Shown here piece by piece: positions 9,236 to 19,704 of a stretch of 64,000 nt of DNA. Numbering within the stretch: the first letter of the stretch is position 1; each line of letters opens with the position of its first letter. A program made the position numbers and the translations under genes. Origin of the DNA: an uncultured Candidatus Saccharibacteria bacterium (GTDB lineage: Bacteria; Patescibacteriota; Andersenbacteria; UBA10190). The notes beneath the pieces are model-generated. The model did no database searches. It had not been told where the DNA came from and saw only the letters and a program-made list of their open reading frames with translations. The stretch covers positions 287,994-351,993 of the forward strand of contig CAZSUC010000001.1 in NCBI GenBank assembly GCA_964610055.1, in the 5' to 3' direction.

Positions 9236-11788
9236 TTATTTTTTCGTTACCACTTGCACTCGTCCGCCTGTTTTACGTGCTAATACTGCTTGTCCGGCTG
9301 CAATTTCTTCGTTAATCACTGAACTCGCAATCGGATCTTCTAACATCTCCTGCACAATTCTTCGAATCGGTCGTGCGCCTTTTCCTTCTTTAACTGCTTG
9401 CGCGGCAATCTCTTCTCGTACTCCTCGGGAAACACTTAGCTTCAAGTTTTTACTTGCTAATCTCTTTTCTAAATCATGAATTTGTAAATCCGTAATACGT
9501 AGCAAGTCATTTTGGGTGAGCGGGGAGTAAACCACAATTTGATCAATCCGCCCAATCAATTCCGGTGCCATATGATCATGTAATTCTTTCATCACTGTTT
9601 CTTTCATTTCTGCGTATCGCTCTTCCGCTGCTTCTCGTGCCGCGCTCATCTCCGGCAAAGCAAATCCCATGCGCGCTTGTTGCGCTAACTGCGCCGAACC
9701 AATATTGCTCGTCATAATCACAATTGTATTCCGGAAATTCACTGTGCGTCCGTGTGCATCTGTTAACTGGCCTTCGTCTAAAATTTGCAGCAAAACATTT
9801 AATACATCTCGATGTGCTTTTTCAATTTCATCAAACAACACAATCGAATACGGTTGCCGCCGAATCGCTTCTGTTAATTTTCCGCCTTCGTCATATCCGA
9901 CATATCCTGCTGGCGCACCAATCAATCGTGACACCGCGTGTCCTTCCATAAATTCTGACATATCAACTCGCACTAACGCTTCCTCGTTCTCAAATACTTC
10001 TCTGGCTAACACTTTAGCTGTTTCTGTTTTACCTACTCCTGTCGGACCGAGAAAGATAAACGAACCTAGGGGACGATTAGGACTGGCAATTCCCGCTCGA
10101 CTACGTCGCACATATCGCGCAATCGCGCTGATTGCTTCTTCCTGGCCGACAATATGTTTGCGTAAAATGGTTTCCAAATTCGCCAATCTTTTTGATTCTG
10201 ATTTCAATAATCTAGTTACCGGAATACCAGTGCTCTCTGCAACAACGCGCGCAATATCTTCCGCAGTAATTTCCGGCCGCTTCTTATTTTCTTGTGCCGT
10301 CGCTTGCTTCGCTATTCGTGTAATCTCACCCGACAATTCATCTTCCTTTTTTTTGGCCTGCAACGCTTCTTCATAATTTTCTGCTTCAATCGCTTCCTCC
10401 TTTTTCGTCCGTAATTGATCCATCTGCATTTTCAGCGCATGCGCTTGTTTGGCTTCTTCTGTGCTGGCCACTTTTAATTGCAACGTCGCTGCCGCTTCAT
10501 CTAACAGGTCTAATGCCTTATCCGGCAAGAATCGATCGGGAATATATCGTACTCCCATTTCAACCGCTGCTTGAATCGCTTCATCCGTTACTGTTAGGCC
10601 ATGATGCGCTTCATAGGCTTCTCGTGCTCCTTCTAAAATCGCCAACGCTTCTTCCGGAGTTGGCTCTTTAACTTGAACCGGCTGAAATCGTCGCTCTAAG
10701 GCCGCATCTTTTTCCACGTGTTTTCTGTATTCATCTAAAGTGGTTGCTCCAATAATGCTCACATCTCCCCGCGCTAACACTGGCTTTAACATATTAGCAG
10801 CATCCATACTTCCACCCGCCGATCCTGCCCCCACTATAGTATGCAGTTCATCTATAAATAAGATTGCTTCTTTATTTTGCTCTAATTCACGCATTAACTC
10901 TTTAATCCGTTCTTCAAATTCTCCCCGAAAAGTTGTTCCGGCAATAATACTTGTCATGTCTAATGACAAAATCCGACGATTCTGTAATTTTGGCGGAACT
11001 TCTCCTCGGCTGATACGTTGCGCTAAACCAGTCACAATCGCAGTCTTACCTGTTCCTGGCTCGCCAATCAAAATCGGATTGTTCTTTGTTTTACGATTCA
11101 AAATACTCATCACACGCTCAATCTCTTTATTCCGTCCCACGACCGGATCAAATTTATTTTCTCGTGCTGCTTGCGTTAAATCTTGCGTAAAATATTCAAT
11201 CGCGGGATTTTTTTGTTGCATTGGACGTCCTGGTATCGCTGGCTCATGTCCTGCTCCTGCTGAAGGGGTTACCTTTCGTTCTGGCCCCGTCATTTCAGCT
11301 GGTGGCATTCCCGCCGGCATACCTAAAAAGTTGGATAAATCAGGAAAATGAGATGTGCTTTTCAATACAATTTGTACCTGCTGCAACAACGCCTTAACAT
11401 CCACCGGTGATTTTTCCAACATTTTATATGCCGTTGTATCTTTCATGCTCAAAATACCAAACAACACATGCTCAGTCCCAATATATCGATGATGGTATTG
11501 AAATGCAGTGCGTGCCCCTTTCTCAAATACAGCGCGTGCTTGTGGGGACAACTCTTCTTTCCAATCCGAAGCTTTTTCTTGCGCCTCTAATTCCGTTTGG
11601 ATAAATTCTGCTGTAAATCCAAACTTCTTTAAAATACTGTACGCCAACGAACCTGTTTCTTGCATCATGCCGTATAAAATATGTTCTGTGCCTATGCGGC
11701 GATGCTTCAGTTCCTGGCTAGTTTTTGCCGCTGTGGCTAAAACATTTTTTAATCGACTTGTTAATTTGTCTTGGATAGAATTATCCAT
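9236..11788 (-). CDS. clpC: ATP-dependent Clp protease ATP-binding subunit
   Basis: Clp-N repeats, two AAA+ modules (GEPGTGKT, GPTGVGKT) and a UVR-like middle domain. Confidence 0.95.
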   Translation of the reverse strand: MDNSIQDKLTSRLKNVLATAAKTSQELKHRRIGTEHILYGMMQETGSLAYSILKKFGFTAEFIQTELEAQEKASDWKEELSPQARAVFEKGARTAFQYHHRYIGTEHVLFGILSMKDTTAYKMLEKSPVDVKALLQQVQIVLKSTSHFPDLSNFLGMPAGMPPAEMTGPERKVTPSAGAGHEPAIPGRPMQQKNPAIEYFTQDLTQAARENKFDPVVGRNKEIERVMSILNRKTKNNPILIGEPGTGKTAIVTGLAQRISRGEVPPKLQNRRILSLDMTSIIAGTTFRGEFEERIKELMRELEQNKEAILFIDELHTIVGAGSAGGSMDAANMLKPVLARGDVSIIGATTLDEYRKHVEKDAALERRFQPVQVKEPTPEEALAILEGAREAYEAHHGLTVTDEAIQAAVEMGVRYIPDRFLPDKALDLLDEAAATLQLKVASTEEAKQAHALKMQMDQLRTKKEEAIEAENYEEALQAKKKEDELSGEITRIAKQATAQENKKRPEITAEDIARVVAESTGIPVTRLLKSESKRLANLETILRKHIVGQEEAISAIARYVRRSRAGIASPNRPLGSFIFLGPTGVGKTETAKVLAREVFENEEALVRVDMSEFMEGHAVSRLIGAPAGYVGYDEGGKLTEAIRRQPYSIVLFDEIEKAHRDVLNVLLQILDEGQLTDAHGRTVNFRNTIVIMTSNIGSAQLAQQARMGFALPEMSAAREAAEERYAEMKETVMKELHDHMAPELIGRIDQIVVYSPLTQNDLLRITDLQIHDLEKRLASKNLKLSVSRGVREEIAAQAVKEGKGARPIRRIVQEMLEDPIASSVINEEIAAGQAVLARKTGGRVQVVTKK

Positions 11789-11847
11789 TTTGAAAACTTT
11801 TAATCATCAAGCTTAATAGTAGTATAACAATAATATCAAATTCGCTC

Positions 11848-12321
11848 ATGGTATTTCATCCTGACAATCAAATCAATCCATATTATGTCGCCCAGGACAT
11901 CCTTAGTCGTCGCGATCACTCCGAAGCTGAATTGCGCAAAAAAATGCAACGTAAAGGCTTTTCTGTGTCAGAAATCAACACCGTTATCATTCGCCTGAAA
12001 GCTAAACAGCTTATCAATGATGCCGAATTTGCCCATCGATATGTTCAATATACTTTAGCTAATAAAGCCGTTGGCCCTAAATGGCTCTCGTCTAAACTAC
12101 GCGCTAAACAAGTTAGCTCGGTTCATATCAACGCTGCTCTAGCTGCTGTTTTTTCTGAAAACGGAGAACTTAAATATGCCCGCGCCGCCGCTGCCGCTTG
12201 GAAACGTTCCCATTCCCAACATTCCGATGATCGCCAGCGTTTAGTCCGTTTTCTTGCTGCTCGCGGCTTTTCTTCCGATGTGATTTATCAAGCCACCGCC
12301 TCCGACGAGATTTCTCTTTAA
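11848..12321 (+). CDS. recX: Regulatory protein RecX
   Basis: LSRRDHSEAELRKK, IND.EFA, RFLAARGFS. Confidence 0.85.
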   Translation: MVFHPDNQINPYYVAQDILSRRDHSEAELRKKMQRKGFSVSEINTVIIRLKAKQLINDAEFAHRYVQYTLANKAVGPKWLSSKLRAKQVSSVHINAALAAVFSENGELKYARAAAAAWKRSHSQHSDDRQRLVRFLAARGFSSDVIYQATASDEISL

Positions 12322-13211
12322 GTTTGATTTCGCAATCTCTTCACCCTTTCCTCGATCGGCGGGTGAGTAGCTAACCATTTCGACCAATTATCTCCTTTAA
12401 ACGGATTGGCAATGTATAAATGAGAAGTTGCTCGGCCAGCCGTTTCTAACGGCACAGATTGCGAAATTTTTTCCAAAGCTCGCGCTAAACCTTCCGGATA
12501 TCTTGTTAGCATTACCCCTGATGCATCAGCTAAAAATTCTCGTTGTCGTGAAATCGCCAACTGAACCAACTTTGTCACAATCGGGGAGATAACTAACAAC
12601 ACCACTCCCACGACCGCTAAAATAGCGCCTAATTGTCCGTTATCATTCCGATCGTCTCGTCGTCCGCCACCCCAAAACGATGCTCGCAAAAACATGTCTG
12701 ACAAAATCGTGATAAAACCAACAAAGATCGCAACCATTGTCCCGAATAAAATATCGTAATTCCGTATGTGGCTTAATTCATGCGCCAAAACTCCCTCCAG
12801 TTCTGACCGGTCTAATCGATTTACTAATCCGCTTGTGACCGCGATTGAGGCATGTTCCGGATCTCGTCCGGTTGCAAATGCATTCAAAGCCGGGGAATCA
12901 ATCATATATATTTTAGGTTGTGCAATTCCGGCCGTAATACATAAATTTTCCACGATTCGATGTAATTCCGGCGCCATGTCTCGCGGTAATTCTTTAGCCC
13001 TGTTAGTTGCTAGTGCAATCTTATCGCCCGTGTAATATCCAATCAAACTGGTTGGAATTGCAAAGATAGCTGCTATCACCGGTAAAACAAAATCGCCTCG
13101 TACATACCAGGAATACAATCCCACTACACTAATTACAAAAACCAGAACCAACGCCATCATTACTCCTGAATTACGCTTATTCTCCGCGATTTGTTGATAC
13201 AAAGTCGGCAT
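12318..13211 (-). CDS. htpX: M48 zinc metalloprotease HtpX
   Basis: NAFATG, AHELSH, SRQREFLADA, THPPIEER; follows lemA. Confidence 0.92.
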   Translation of the reverse strand: MPTLYQQIAENKRNSGVMMALVLVFVISVVGLYSWYVRGDFVLPVIAAIFAIPTSLIGYYTGDKIALATNRAKELPRDMAPELHRIVENLCITAGIAQPKIYMIDSPALNAFATGRDPEHASIAVTSGLVNRLDRSELEGVLAHELSHIRNYDILFGTMVAIFVGFITILSDMFLRASFWGGGRRDDRNDNGQLGAILAVVGVVLLVISPIVTKLVQLAISRQREFLADASGVMLTRYPEGLARALEKISQSVPLETAGRATSHLYIANPFKGDNWSKWLATHPPIEERVKRLRNQT

Positions 13212-13230
13212 ATTACCGAGCCTGCCTGAT

Positions 13231-13794
13231 TTATTTACTGAAATCAACCTTTGGTACCGCTCGAGCAGCCTCGTCGTTTAATTCAAAAAATTCTTGTGAT
13301 TTAAATTTGAATAAATTAGCTACCACGTTTGTTGGCGCTGATTGCACAACTGTATTAAAGTCACGCACGTTTCCGTTATAAAACCGGCGTGCCGCTTGAA
13401 TTTTATCTTCCGTATCGGACAATTCTCGCTGCAACTCTAAAAAGTTAGCGTTTGCTTTTAATTCCGGATAGTTTTCCGCGATCGCAAACAATGATTTTAA
13501 TGTATTTGTTAGCCCGACTTCAGCCTTTGCTTGCGCCTCCGGCGATTGTGCTCCTAAAGCCTTTGCACGCGCTTCTGTTACCGACTCAAACGCTTCGCGC
13601 TCGTGGGTAGCATAGCCTTTAACAGTATCCACTAAATTAGGTACCAGATTATGTCTTCGTTTTAATTGCACATCAATATCGCTCCAAGCCTCTTTAACTT
13701 GGTTTTGCTTTTTGACCAGTGTGTTATACGCCCACACACACCAAAAGGCCACCGCTAAGATTAATAACAATATAATTAATAAGAATGTATCCAT
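13231..13794 (-). CDS. lemA: LemA family protein
   Basis: AWSDIDVQLKRR..LVPNLV, ENYPELKAN.NF, ARRFYN. Confidence 0.95.
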   Translation of the reverse strand: MDTFLLIILLLILAVAFWCVWAYNTLVKKQNQVKEAWSDIDVQLKRRHNLVPNLVDTVKGYATHEREAFESVTEARAKALGAQSPEAQAKAEVGLTNTLKSLFAIAENYPELKANANFLELQRELSDTEDKIQAARRFYNGNVRDFNTVVQSAPTNVVANLFKFKSQEFFELNDEAARAVPKVDFSK

Positions 13795-13836
13795 ATAACC
13801 ATGGTATAATAACAACTACTCTAATCACAAGCCTTT

Positions 13837-14961
13837 ATGAGTTTGTTTAGCTCCGCTAATTCCTTTCTTGGTCTTGACCTTGGCACATCTTCCGTGAAGG
13901 TTGTCGAGCTGGTTAATCGTCGCCAAAGAATCGAAGTTAGTACTTATGCTTCCGTTGATTTTACTCATCAGCTCATTGCGCCGACAGATTCAGCCCAAGC
14001 CGTCACTGAAGCCGCTGATGTTGTGAATCGCTTATTAGATGAAGCTGAAGTGTCTAGCGATATTGTTATTGCTGCCTTGCCTAGTAGTATCGTTTTTTCA
14101 ACTGTCATTAATTTACCGCCTGTGGCCGATGCTGACATGGATAATGCTGTCCGTTTTGCTGCGCGGGATATTGTGCCTGCCAATCTTGATGAAACCACGC
14201 TCACTTGGAGTCGTCTTGGCAGTGAACCGCATATGGAAGGGGAGCGGCCAGAAGCGTCTGTCAAATCTTCATCTCCTCCCGCTTCTCCTGCAGTTGACAA
14301 ATTGGCCGCTATGAACCAGCCAACTGTCCCGGTCTTTGTTACCGCGGCTCCTAAAAATGTTATTGAACGTTATACTGAAGTTATTACGAAAGCCCGGCTA
14401 ACCTTAGCGGCGCTTGAAGTTGAAACATTTCCCTTAGTTCGCTCCCTTTTTTCTACTCCTAACGATTCTGGTATGATCGTCGACATCGGTGATCAAGTCA
14501 CCACTTATCATATTATTGATACTGGCACTCCTCGTGTTTCTCACAGCGTTGATTACGGCGGACATGACATGACTGCCGCAGTAGCTCGTGACAGTCAATT
14601 GACTCCCGCCCAAGCAGAAGCAGAAAAAGTAAAATACGGACTTATGCCTACGGCACCGGAAAAATTAAAACTCCCTTTAATGAATTCTGCGCAACCGTTC
14701 ATCGATAAAGCGCAGCAATTATTAACTATTTATAGTCAGCGTTATCATCGCACTTTGAATAAAACAATTTTAATTGGTGGGGGAGCGAATTTAAAAAACT
14801 TAGCCGCTGTTTGGTCTAATCAAGTCAAACATAAAGTTTTTGTTGGCGATCCCTGGAAAGGCCTTTCATACCCTAATCAATTAGCTAATCGCATGCAGAC
14901 TTTAGGTCCAAACTATGCTGTGGCTGTTGGCCTTGCTCAGCGAGGGATCGGTAAAGTATAA
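13837..14961 (+). CDS. pilM: Type IV pilus assembly protein PilM
   Basis: LGLDLGTSSVKVVEL, IVDIG, LIGGGA, AVAVGLA.R. Confidence 0.9.
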   Translation: MSLFSSANSFLGLDLGTSSVKVVELVNRRQRIEVSTYASVDFTHQLIAPTDSAQAVTEAADVVNRLLDEAEVSSDIVIAALPSSIVFSTVINLPPVADADMDNAVRFAARDIVPANLDETTLTWSRLGSEPHMEGERPEASVKSSSPPASPAVDKLAAMNQPTVPVFVTAAPKNVIERYTEVITKARLTLAALEVETFPLVRSLFSTPNDSGMIVDIGDQVTTYHIIDTGTPRVSHSVDYGGHDMTAAVARDSQLTPAQAEAEKVKYGLMPTAPEKLKLPLMNSAQPFIDKAQQLLTIYSQRYHRTLNKTILIGGGANLKNLAAVWSNQVKHKVFVGDPWKGLSYPNQLANRMQTLGPNYAVAVGLAQRGIGKV

Positions 14962-14985
14962 TTATGCTAATTAATTCCTTCTCTC

Positions 14986-15558
14986 ATGGCGCAGATTAAT
15001 CTGGCACCTCAAGTTCAGATAATGTTAGCCGCTAAACGGCGACGTCGTCGTTTGTATGTCTTGTCACTCAGTATTGTCATTATCATGTCAGTTGTTTGGG
15101 GAGGATTAAATTTTGTTAATCAAAAATATCTTAATCAAATATCTGACAAAGAAAAACAGCTCGCGACTCTGAAATCTGAATTAGCGATTATGTCTGCCGA
15201 TAATTCACGAATGAATTCATTTGAAGCTCGCTTAGCTGTATTGGATGATGTTTTGTCTGAGCGATACAGCTGGGATCCTTTCTTTAAGGAGTTAGAACGC
15301 CTCTTACCGGTTAGTGCTAGTCTAACTCGTTTAGATGCTGACTTAGATACTGATACTGTGACTGTATCAGGTAAAACATCACTGATTAACGATGTCAGCC
15401 AAACAATTGCCAGTCTGCAAAGCGAAACTAGTCATTCGACCTTATTCTCCAACGTTTCCCTCGTTTCGTCTGATCAATACACTGAAACTACTCCTACCGG
15501 TGAAGTCACGGCAATCGGTTATAACTTTAAGCTAGAACTTACTAAGTCATCTGACTAA
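14986..15558 (+). CDS. pilN: PilN-like protein
   Basis: INL.P N-terminal motif, TM plus coiled coil, directly after pilM. Confidence 0.75.
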   Translation: MAQINLAPQVQIMLAAKRRRRRLYVLSLSIVIIMSVVWGGLNFVNQKYLNQISDKEKQLATLKSELAIMSADNSRMNSFEARLAVLDDVLSERYSWDPFFKELERLLPVSASLTRLDADLDTDTVTVSGKTSLINDVSQTIASLQSETSHSTLFSNVSLVSSDQYTETTPTGEVTAIGYNFKLELTKSSD

Positions 15559-15560
15559 TT

Positions 15561-16163
15561 ATGCCTTCTGATACATCTTTAAACCTTCCTTATCTAATTG
15601 TTTCTATCGCCGTCATTAGTGCTGTCTTGTTTGCTATCCTGGTTAATACTCCGCAAGTTCAAGGTATCCTGGATAATCGCACTCAAGCTGATCAGCTTGA
15701 TCAAGATATTGCCGGTGTCTCTCTGGAGATCTCGCAAATTGATGAAAAACTTGCTCAATTCAACCAGCTCAAAACCTACGAAGATCAAATGGATATTGTT
15801 TTACCGGTTGACGATCAAGAAGCCGATATCTTGCATATTCTTGATTCCGCTGCTTCTAACACCGGCATTACGCTTAGTAAAGTAAACAATCACACCACTA
15901 ACTATCGTCAAAAGCAGCGCGCTGAAGACAAGCGTAGTATTTCTACTGGACTGCCAGACGGAATAACATTTGTGACCTATTCTTTAGAGCTGCATGGTGG
16001 ATATGATCAAATTCGTTCATTTATTGCTGAAATTGAAAAATCTCCGCGGCTAGCAGAGATTAATAGTGTCTCTTTGAGTCGAGACGAGCAAAATTCTGAT
16101 CAGCTTTATGCGGCTATGAATCTTTATCTTTATACCTTTGATTCATCACTCCATGCCAGCTAA
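15561..16163 (+). CDS. pilO: PilO-like protein
   Basis: TM plus coiled coil, LP, G.Y..IRSFIAEIEKSPRL. Confidence 0.8.
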   Translation: MPSDTSLNLPYLIVSIAVISAVLFAILVNTPQVQGILDNRTQADQLDQDIAGVSLEISQIDEKLAQFNQLKTYEDQMDIVLPVDDQEADILHILDSAASNTGITLSKVNNHTTNYRQKQRAEDKRSISTGLPDGITFVTYSLELHGGYDQIRSFIAEIEKSPRLAEINSVSLSRDEQNSDQLYAAMNLYLYTFDSSLHAS

Positions 16164-16428
16164 TAACAACAATCGAGTCATTGTTATTCTTGTCGGTGTT
16201 TTATTCGCTGTCGTTTCTGCCGCCGCCGCTTTGTATTTTTTGTTACCATCTAATTCTCAAACAGGATCAAACAACGTTACTTCAACTACCGCCACTCCTA
16301 CCGTTGGCTTTGACATATCCGTTTTTCAAAAACAAACTTACCAACAATTAAACCGGCAGCTCATGCAAGCCGGCACTTTGCCTGTTCAGCCACCAACCAC
16401 CGCCGGCAAGGCTAATCCATTCCTTTAA
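16153..16428 (+). CDS. Small membrane protein in the PilP position
   Basis: Single TM with C-terminal GKANPF, a motif common in CPR pilus clusters. Confidence 0.6.
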   Translation: MPANNNNRVIVILVGVLFAVVSAAAALYFLLPSNSQTGSNNVTSTTATPTVGFDISVFQKQTYQQLNRQLMQAGTLPVQPPTTAGKANPFL

Positions 16429-16435
16429 TCGATTC

Positions 16436-18184
16436 GTGTCCGACCATCAGGATAAAATTGAACAGATGCTGATTGACCGGGGGCTGGTCAAGCCAGCTCA
16501 AATTGAACGCATTCATCAACGCATGTCTCAAGAGAATCGTTCTTTTACCGATATTTTGCACGAAGAAAAAATTGTTTATCCGGAACAGCTCGCTCAAGTT
16601 CAAGCCGAAATTATCGGCCTTCCGTATATTGACCTCGGCAATACTGTTGTCAAAGAAAGCGCTATGCGTGATATTTCGCGCCAAGCCGCCGCCACTTATC
16701 GTTTTTACGCTTTTGATGAAAAAGACCGCAAACTTTTAGTTGCGATGGCAATGCCTGATGATTTTCAAGCTTTAGAAGCCATTAAATTCATTGCCAAACG
16801 TCGTGGCTTAGTTCCAGAAATTTATGTTGCCTCTAAAGAAGCAATTGATGCTCGCATTGGCGGAGCTGCTGAAGTTCAGGCTGAGATTGGCAGTGCTTTG
16901 CGTGATTTCAGTCAAGAAGTTGCTCAGGCTGTTGATATCGGTCAAAAACCTGAACAGGAGATTGAAAAATTTGTCGAAGAAGCTCCTGTCACCAAAGTAG
17001 TAGCTGTCATTATTCGCCACGCTATCGAAGGTAACGCTTCTGATATTCACATTGAACCTACCGAAAAAGATTTGCGCGTTCGTTATCGCGTTGATGGACA
17101 ACTTCACACCTCACTCTTGCTGCCTAAGCGCGTTCATCCCGCCGTGATTTCTCGGATTAAAATTTTATCCAGCTTGAAAATTGATGAATCACGCTTACCG
17201 CAAGATGGTCGTTTTTCCATTAGTTCAGACAATCGTGCTTTTGATTTTCGCGTATCTAGCATTCCTACTATCTACGGTGAAAAGATCGCTCTTCGTATCT
17301 TAGATAAGACTAAAGGCGCTCCTTCATTTGATGAGCTTGGTTTAACTGGTTCACAAAAGAAAGTCTTTTTACAGCACATTCGTGCGCCTCACGGAATTAT
17401 TTTAATCTCTGGTCCAACTGGCGCCGGTAAATCCACCACTCTTTTCACTACCCTGACAACTATCAATAACGAAAATGTTAACATTTCTACTCTTGAAGAT
17501 CCTGTTGAATATGAAATTACCGGTATTAATCAAACTCAGATTCAACCTGATATCGGCTTAACCTTTGCCTCTGGTTTACGTAATCTTTTACGCCAAGATC
17601 CCGACATTCTTATGGTTGGTGAAATTCGCGACAAAGATACTGCTAATCTTTCTATCCAATCCTCTCTGACTGGGCATCTCGTTCTTTCCACTATTCACAC
17701 TAACGATGCTATCGGTGCCATCCCGCGCTTAATTGATATGGGAATTGATCCGTATTTAATTACCGCCACTGTTCGTTTGGTTGCTGCCCAGCGTTTAGTT
17801 AATCGTCTTTGTCCAGAATGTAAAACAGAAAACCCATTGCCTCCTAATTTAGCCGAGCAAATTCGATCCGAAATAGCAGCTATTCCTGATGAATACAAAC
17901 AAACTGATAATCAGCGTAATCCGCAAGTCTTGTATTCCGCTCCCGGCTGTCCGTCTTGTCACGAAAGCGGACGTACTGGTCGCGTCGCTATCTTTGAAGT
18001 CATTCCTCTTTCTCGGTCTATGCGCGATGCTATTAACACTAATACTGACTATGATAAACTAAATGATATTGCCCGAGCCGAAAAGAACTTGACTATGCGT
18101 CAAGACGGACTCTTGAAAGCTTTAGCCGGCATGGTGCAATATGAAGATGTGATCCGAGTTACTAGTGAATCTCAATCCTTCTAA
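16436..18184 (+). CDS. pilB: PilB/GspE extension ATPase
   Basis: ASDIHIEP, GPTGAGKST, LRQDPD, CxxC...CxxC, GR.AIFE. Confidence 0.95.
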   Translation: MSDHQDKIEQMLIDRGLVKPAQIERIHQRMSQENRSFTDILHEEKIVYPEQLAQVQAEIIGLPYIDLGNTVVKESAMRDISRQAAATYRFYAFDEKDRKLLVAMAMPDDFQALEAIKFIAKRRGLVPEIYVASKEAIDARIGGAAEVQAEIGSALRDFSQEVAQAVDIGQKPEQEIEKFVEEAPVTKVVAVIIRHAIEGNASDIHIEPTEKDLRVRYRVDGQLHTSLLLPKRVHPAVISRIKILSSLKIDESRLPQDGRFSISSDNRAFDFRVSSIPTIYGEKIALRILDKTKGAPSFDELGLTGSQKKVFLQHIRAPHGIILISGPTGAGKSTTLFTTLTTINNENVNISTLEDPVEYEITGINQTQIQPDIGLTFASGLRNLLRQDPDILMVGEIRDKDTANLSIQSSLTGHLVLSTIHTNDAIGAIPRLIDMGIDPYLITATVRLVAAQRLVNRLCPECKTENPLPPNLAEQIRSEIAAIPDEYKQTDNQRNPQVLYSAPGCPSCHESGRTGRVAIFEVIPLSRSMRDAINTNTDYDKLNDIARAEKNLTMRQDGLLKALAGMVQYEDVIRVTSESQSF

Positions 18185-18206
18185 TGCTTATTGGAAACTT
18201 AATCTT

Positions 18207-18593
18207 ATGTCAGACGCCAAATATAACATAGTGTTAGTCGAAGATGATTCTTTCATCTCCGGCATGTATTTTACTAAATTAAGTAGCCTCGGGCACAAAG
18301 TAGAAGTTATCGAAGACGGAGAAGCCGCCTGGGATCGCTTACAAGCTGACCCAGTCCCTGATCTGGTTCTCTTAGATGTTGTCCTACCTAAAAAAGATGG
18401 TTTTGAAATCCTGTCTGACATTCGTAAAAATGACAAAACTAAAGATTTACCCGTTATCCTTTTAACAAATCTCGGACAAAAACCGGATGTTGAGCGTGGT
18501 CTTCAATTAGGCGCTAATGATTATGTGATCAAGGCTCACTTTACCCCGACCGAAGTAGTAGAAAAGATCACCAAAATCCTCGAGAAAAAGTAA
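18207..18593 (+). CDS. Single-domain response regulator
   Basis: LVEDD, PDLVLLDVVLP..DG, LTN, GANDYVIK. Confidence 0.9.
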   Translation: MSDAKYNIVLVEDDSFISGMYFTKLSSLGHKVEVIEDGEAAWDRLQADPVPDLVLLDVVLPKKDGFEILSDIRKNDKTKDLPVILLTNLGQKPDVERGLQLGANDYVIKAHFTPTEVVEKITKILEKK

Positions 18594-18649
18594 TTTGTTT
18601 GCACATATACGCATAGCTTGCTCTCGAGTGCCTATGCTATACTACGCAC

Positions 18650-19699
18650 ATGCGGAACATTGACGATCTCCTTCGCGAAGCTAAAGACGCCAACGCTTCT
18701 GATATTCACATTGCTGAAAATCGAATGCCGTTTTTTCGTATTGATGGAAAATTAAATCCAATTGGCGATACCCCAATTAGCAAAGAAGAAGCTGAGCACA
18801 TCATGAAAAGTTTATTACAGGACAATCAGCGTCTTTATGATGAGCTGGGTGAATACATGCAAACTGATTTTTCTTATGCTTTAGAAGATGGCACTCGTTT
18901 TCGTGTTAATGTTTTTCGACATCTTGGTGTTTTTTCCTCTGCTCTACGTTTGATTCCTAATGTTATTCGAACAATTGAACAGTTGCATTTGCCTCCTCAA
19001 ATTACTCAGTTTACTGATTTACGCCAAGGGTTTGTTCTCTTTTGTGGCCCCGCTGGTCACGGTAAGTCAACCGCGATGGCGGCCTTAATTGATCATATTA
19101 ACAATTTACGTCGCGAACACATCATTACGATTGAAGATCCTATTGAGTATCAGTTTAGTGATAAACAAGCGATCATTGATCAGCGTGAAATTGGTCGTGA
19201 CGCCTCATCTTTTGCGGAAGCAATCCGCTCTACTCTGCGCCAGGATCCAAACGTTATTATGGTCGGTGAATTGCGTGATCTTGAAACCATGCGCACCGCT
19301 ATTACAGTCGCAGAAACCGGACATCTTGTCTTTGCCACGTTACATACTAATGATGCAGCTCAAACCGTCGAGCGTTTAATTGACTCATTCCCACCGTCTC
19401 AGCAACATCAAGTTCGTTCTCAGTTATCATCTACTTTATCCGGGGTTATTTCTATGCGCCTTATGCCTTGGCAAACCGGCGGTCGTATCCCTGCCGTCGA
19501 AATTATGATTGCCACCACTGCTATTCGTAATGTTATTCGAGAAGGCAATATCCACCAGATCATGGGGATTATTCAAACCAGTGCTGACGTTGGTATGCAA
19601 ACTCTCGACGCTAGCCTGCAAGCTTTAGTTGATTCTGGAGCTGTATCCTTAGAAGACGCTCGTCCTTACTTCTCATCAATTAAAAGTCTCAATCGTTAA
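18650..19699 (+). CDS. pilT: PilT retraction ATPase
   Basis: GPAGHGKST, TIEDPIE, LRQDP, AETGHLVFATLHT, AIRN.IRE, GMQT. Confidence 0.95.
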   Translation: MRNIDDLLREAKDANASDIHIAENRMPFFRIDGKLNPIGDTPISKEEAEHIMKSLLQDNQRLYDELGEYMQTDFSYALEDGTRFRVNVFRHLGVFSSALRLIPNVIRTIEQLHLPPQITQFTDLRQGFVLFCGPAGHGKSTAMAALIDHINNLRREHIITIEDPIEYQFSDKQAIIDQREIGRDASSFAEAIRSTLRQDPNVIMVGELRDLETMRTAITVAETGHLVFATLHTNDAAQTVERLIDSFPPSQQHQVRSQLSSTLSGVISMRLMPWQTGGRIPAVEIMIATTAIRNVIREGNIHQIMGIIQTSADVGMQTLDASLQALVDSGAVSLEDARPYFSSIKSLNR

Positions 19700-19704
19700 A
19701 AGCT

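Noticed and set aside
9669-11816. Long + strand ORFs opposite clpC, and similar ones opposite dnaE, gyrB, thrS and 55605-56300
   Set aside because: Antisense shadows of well-supported genes.
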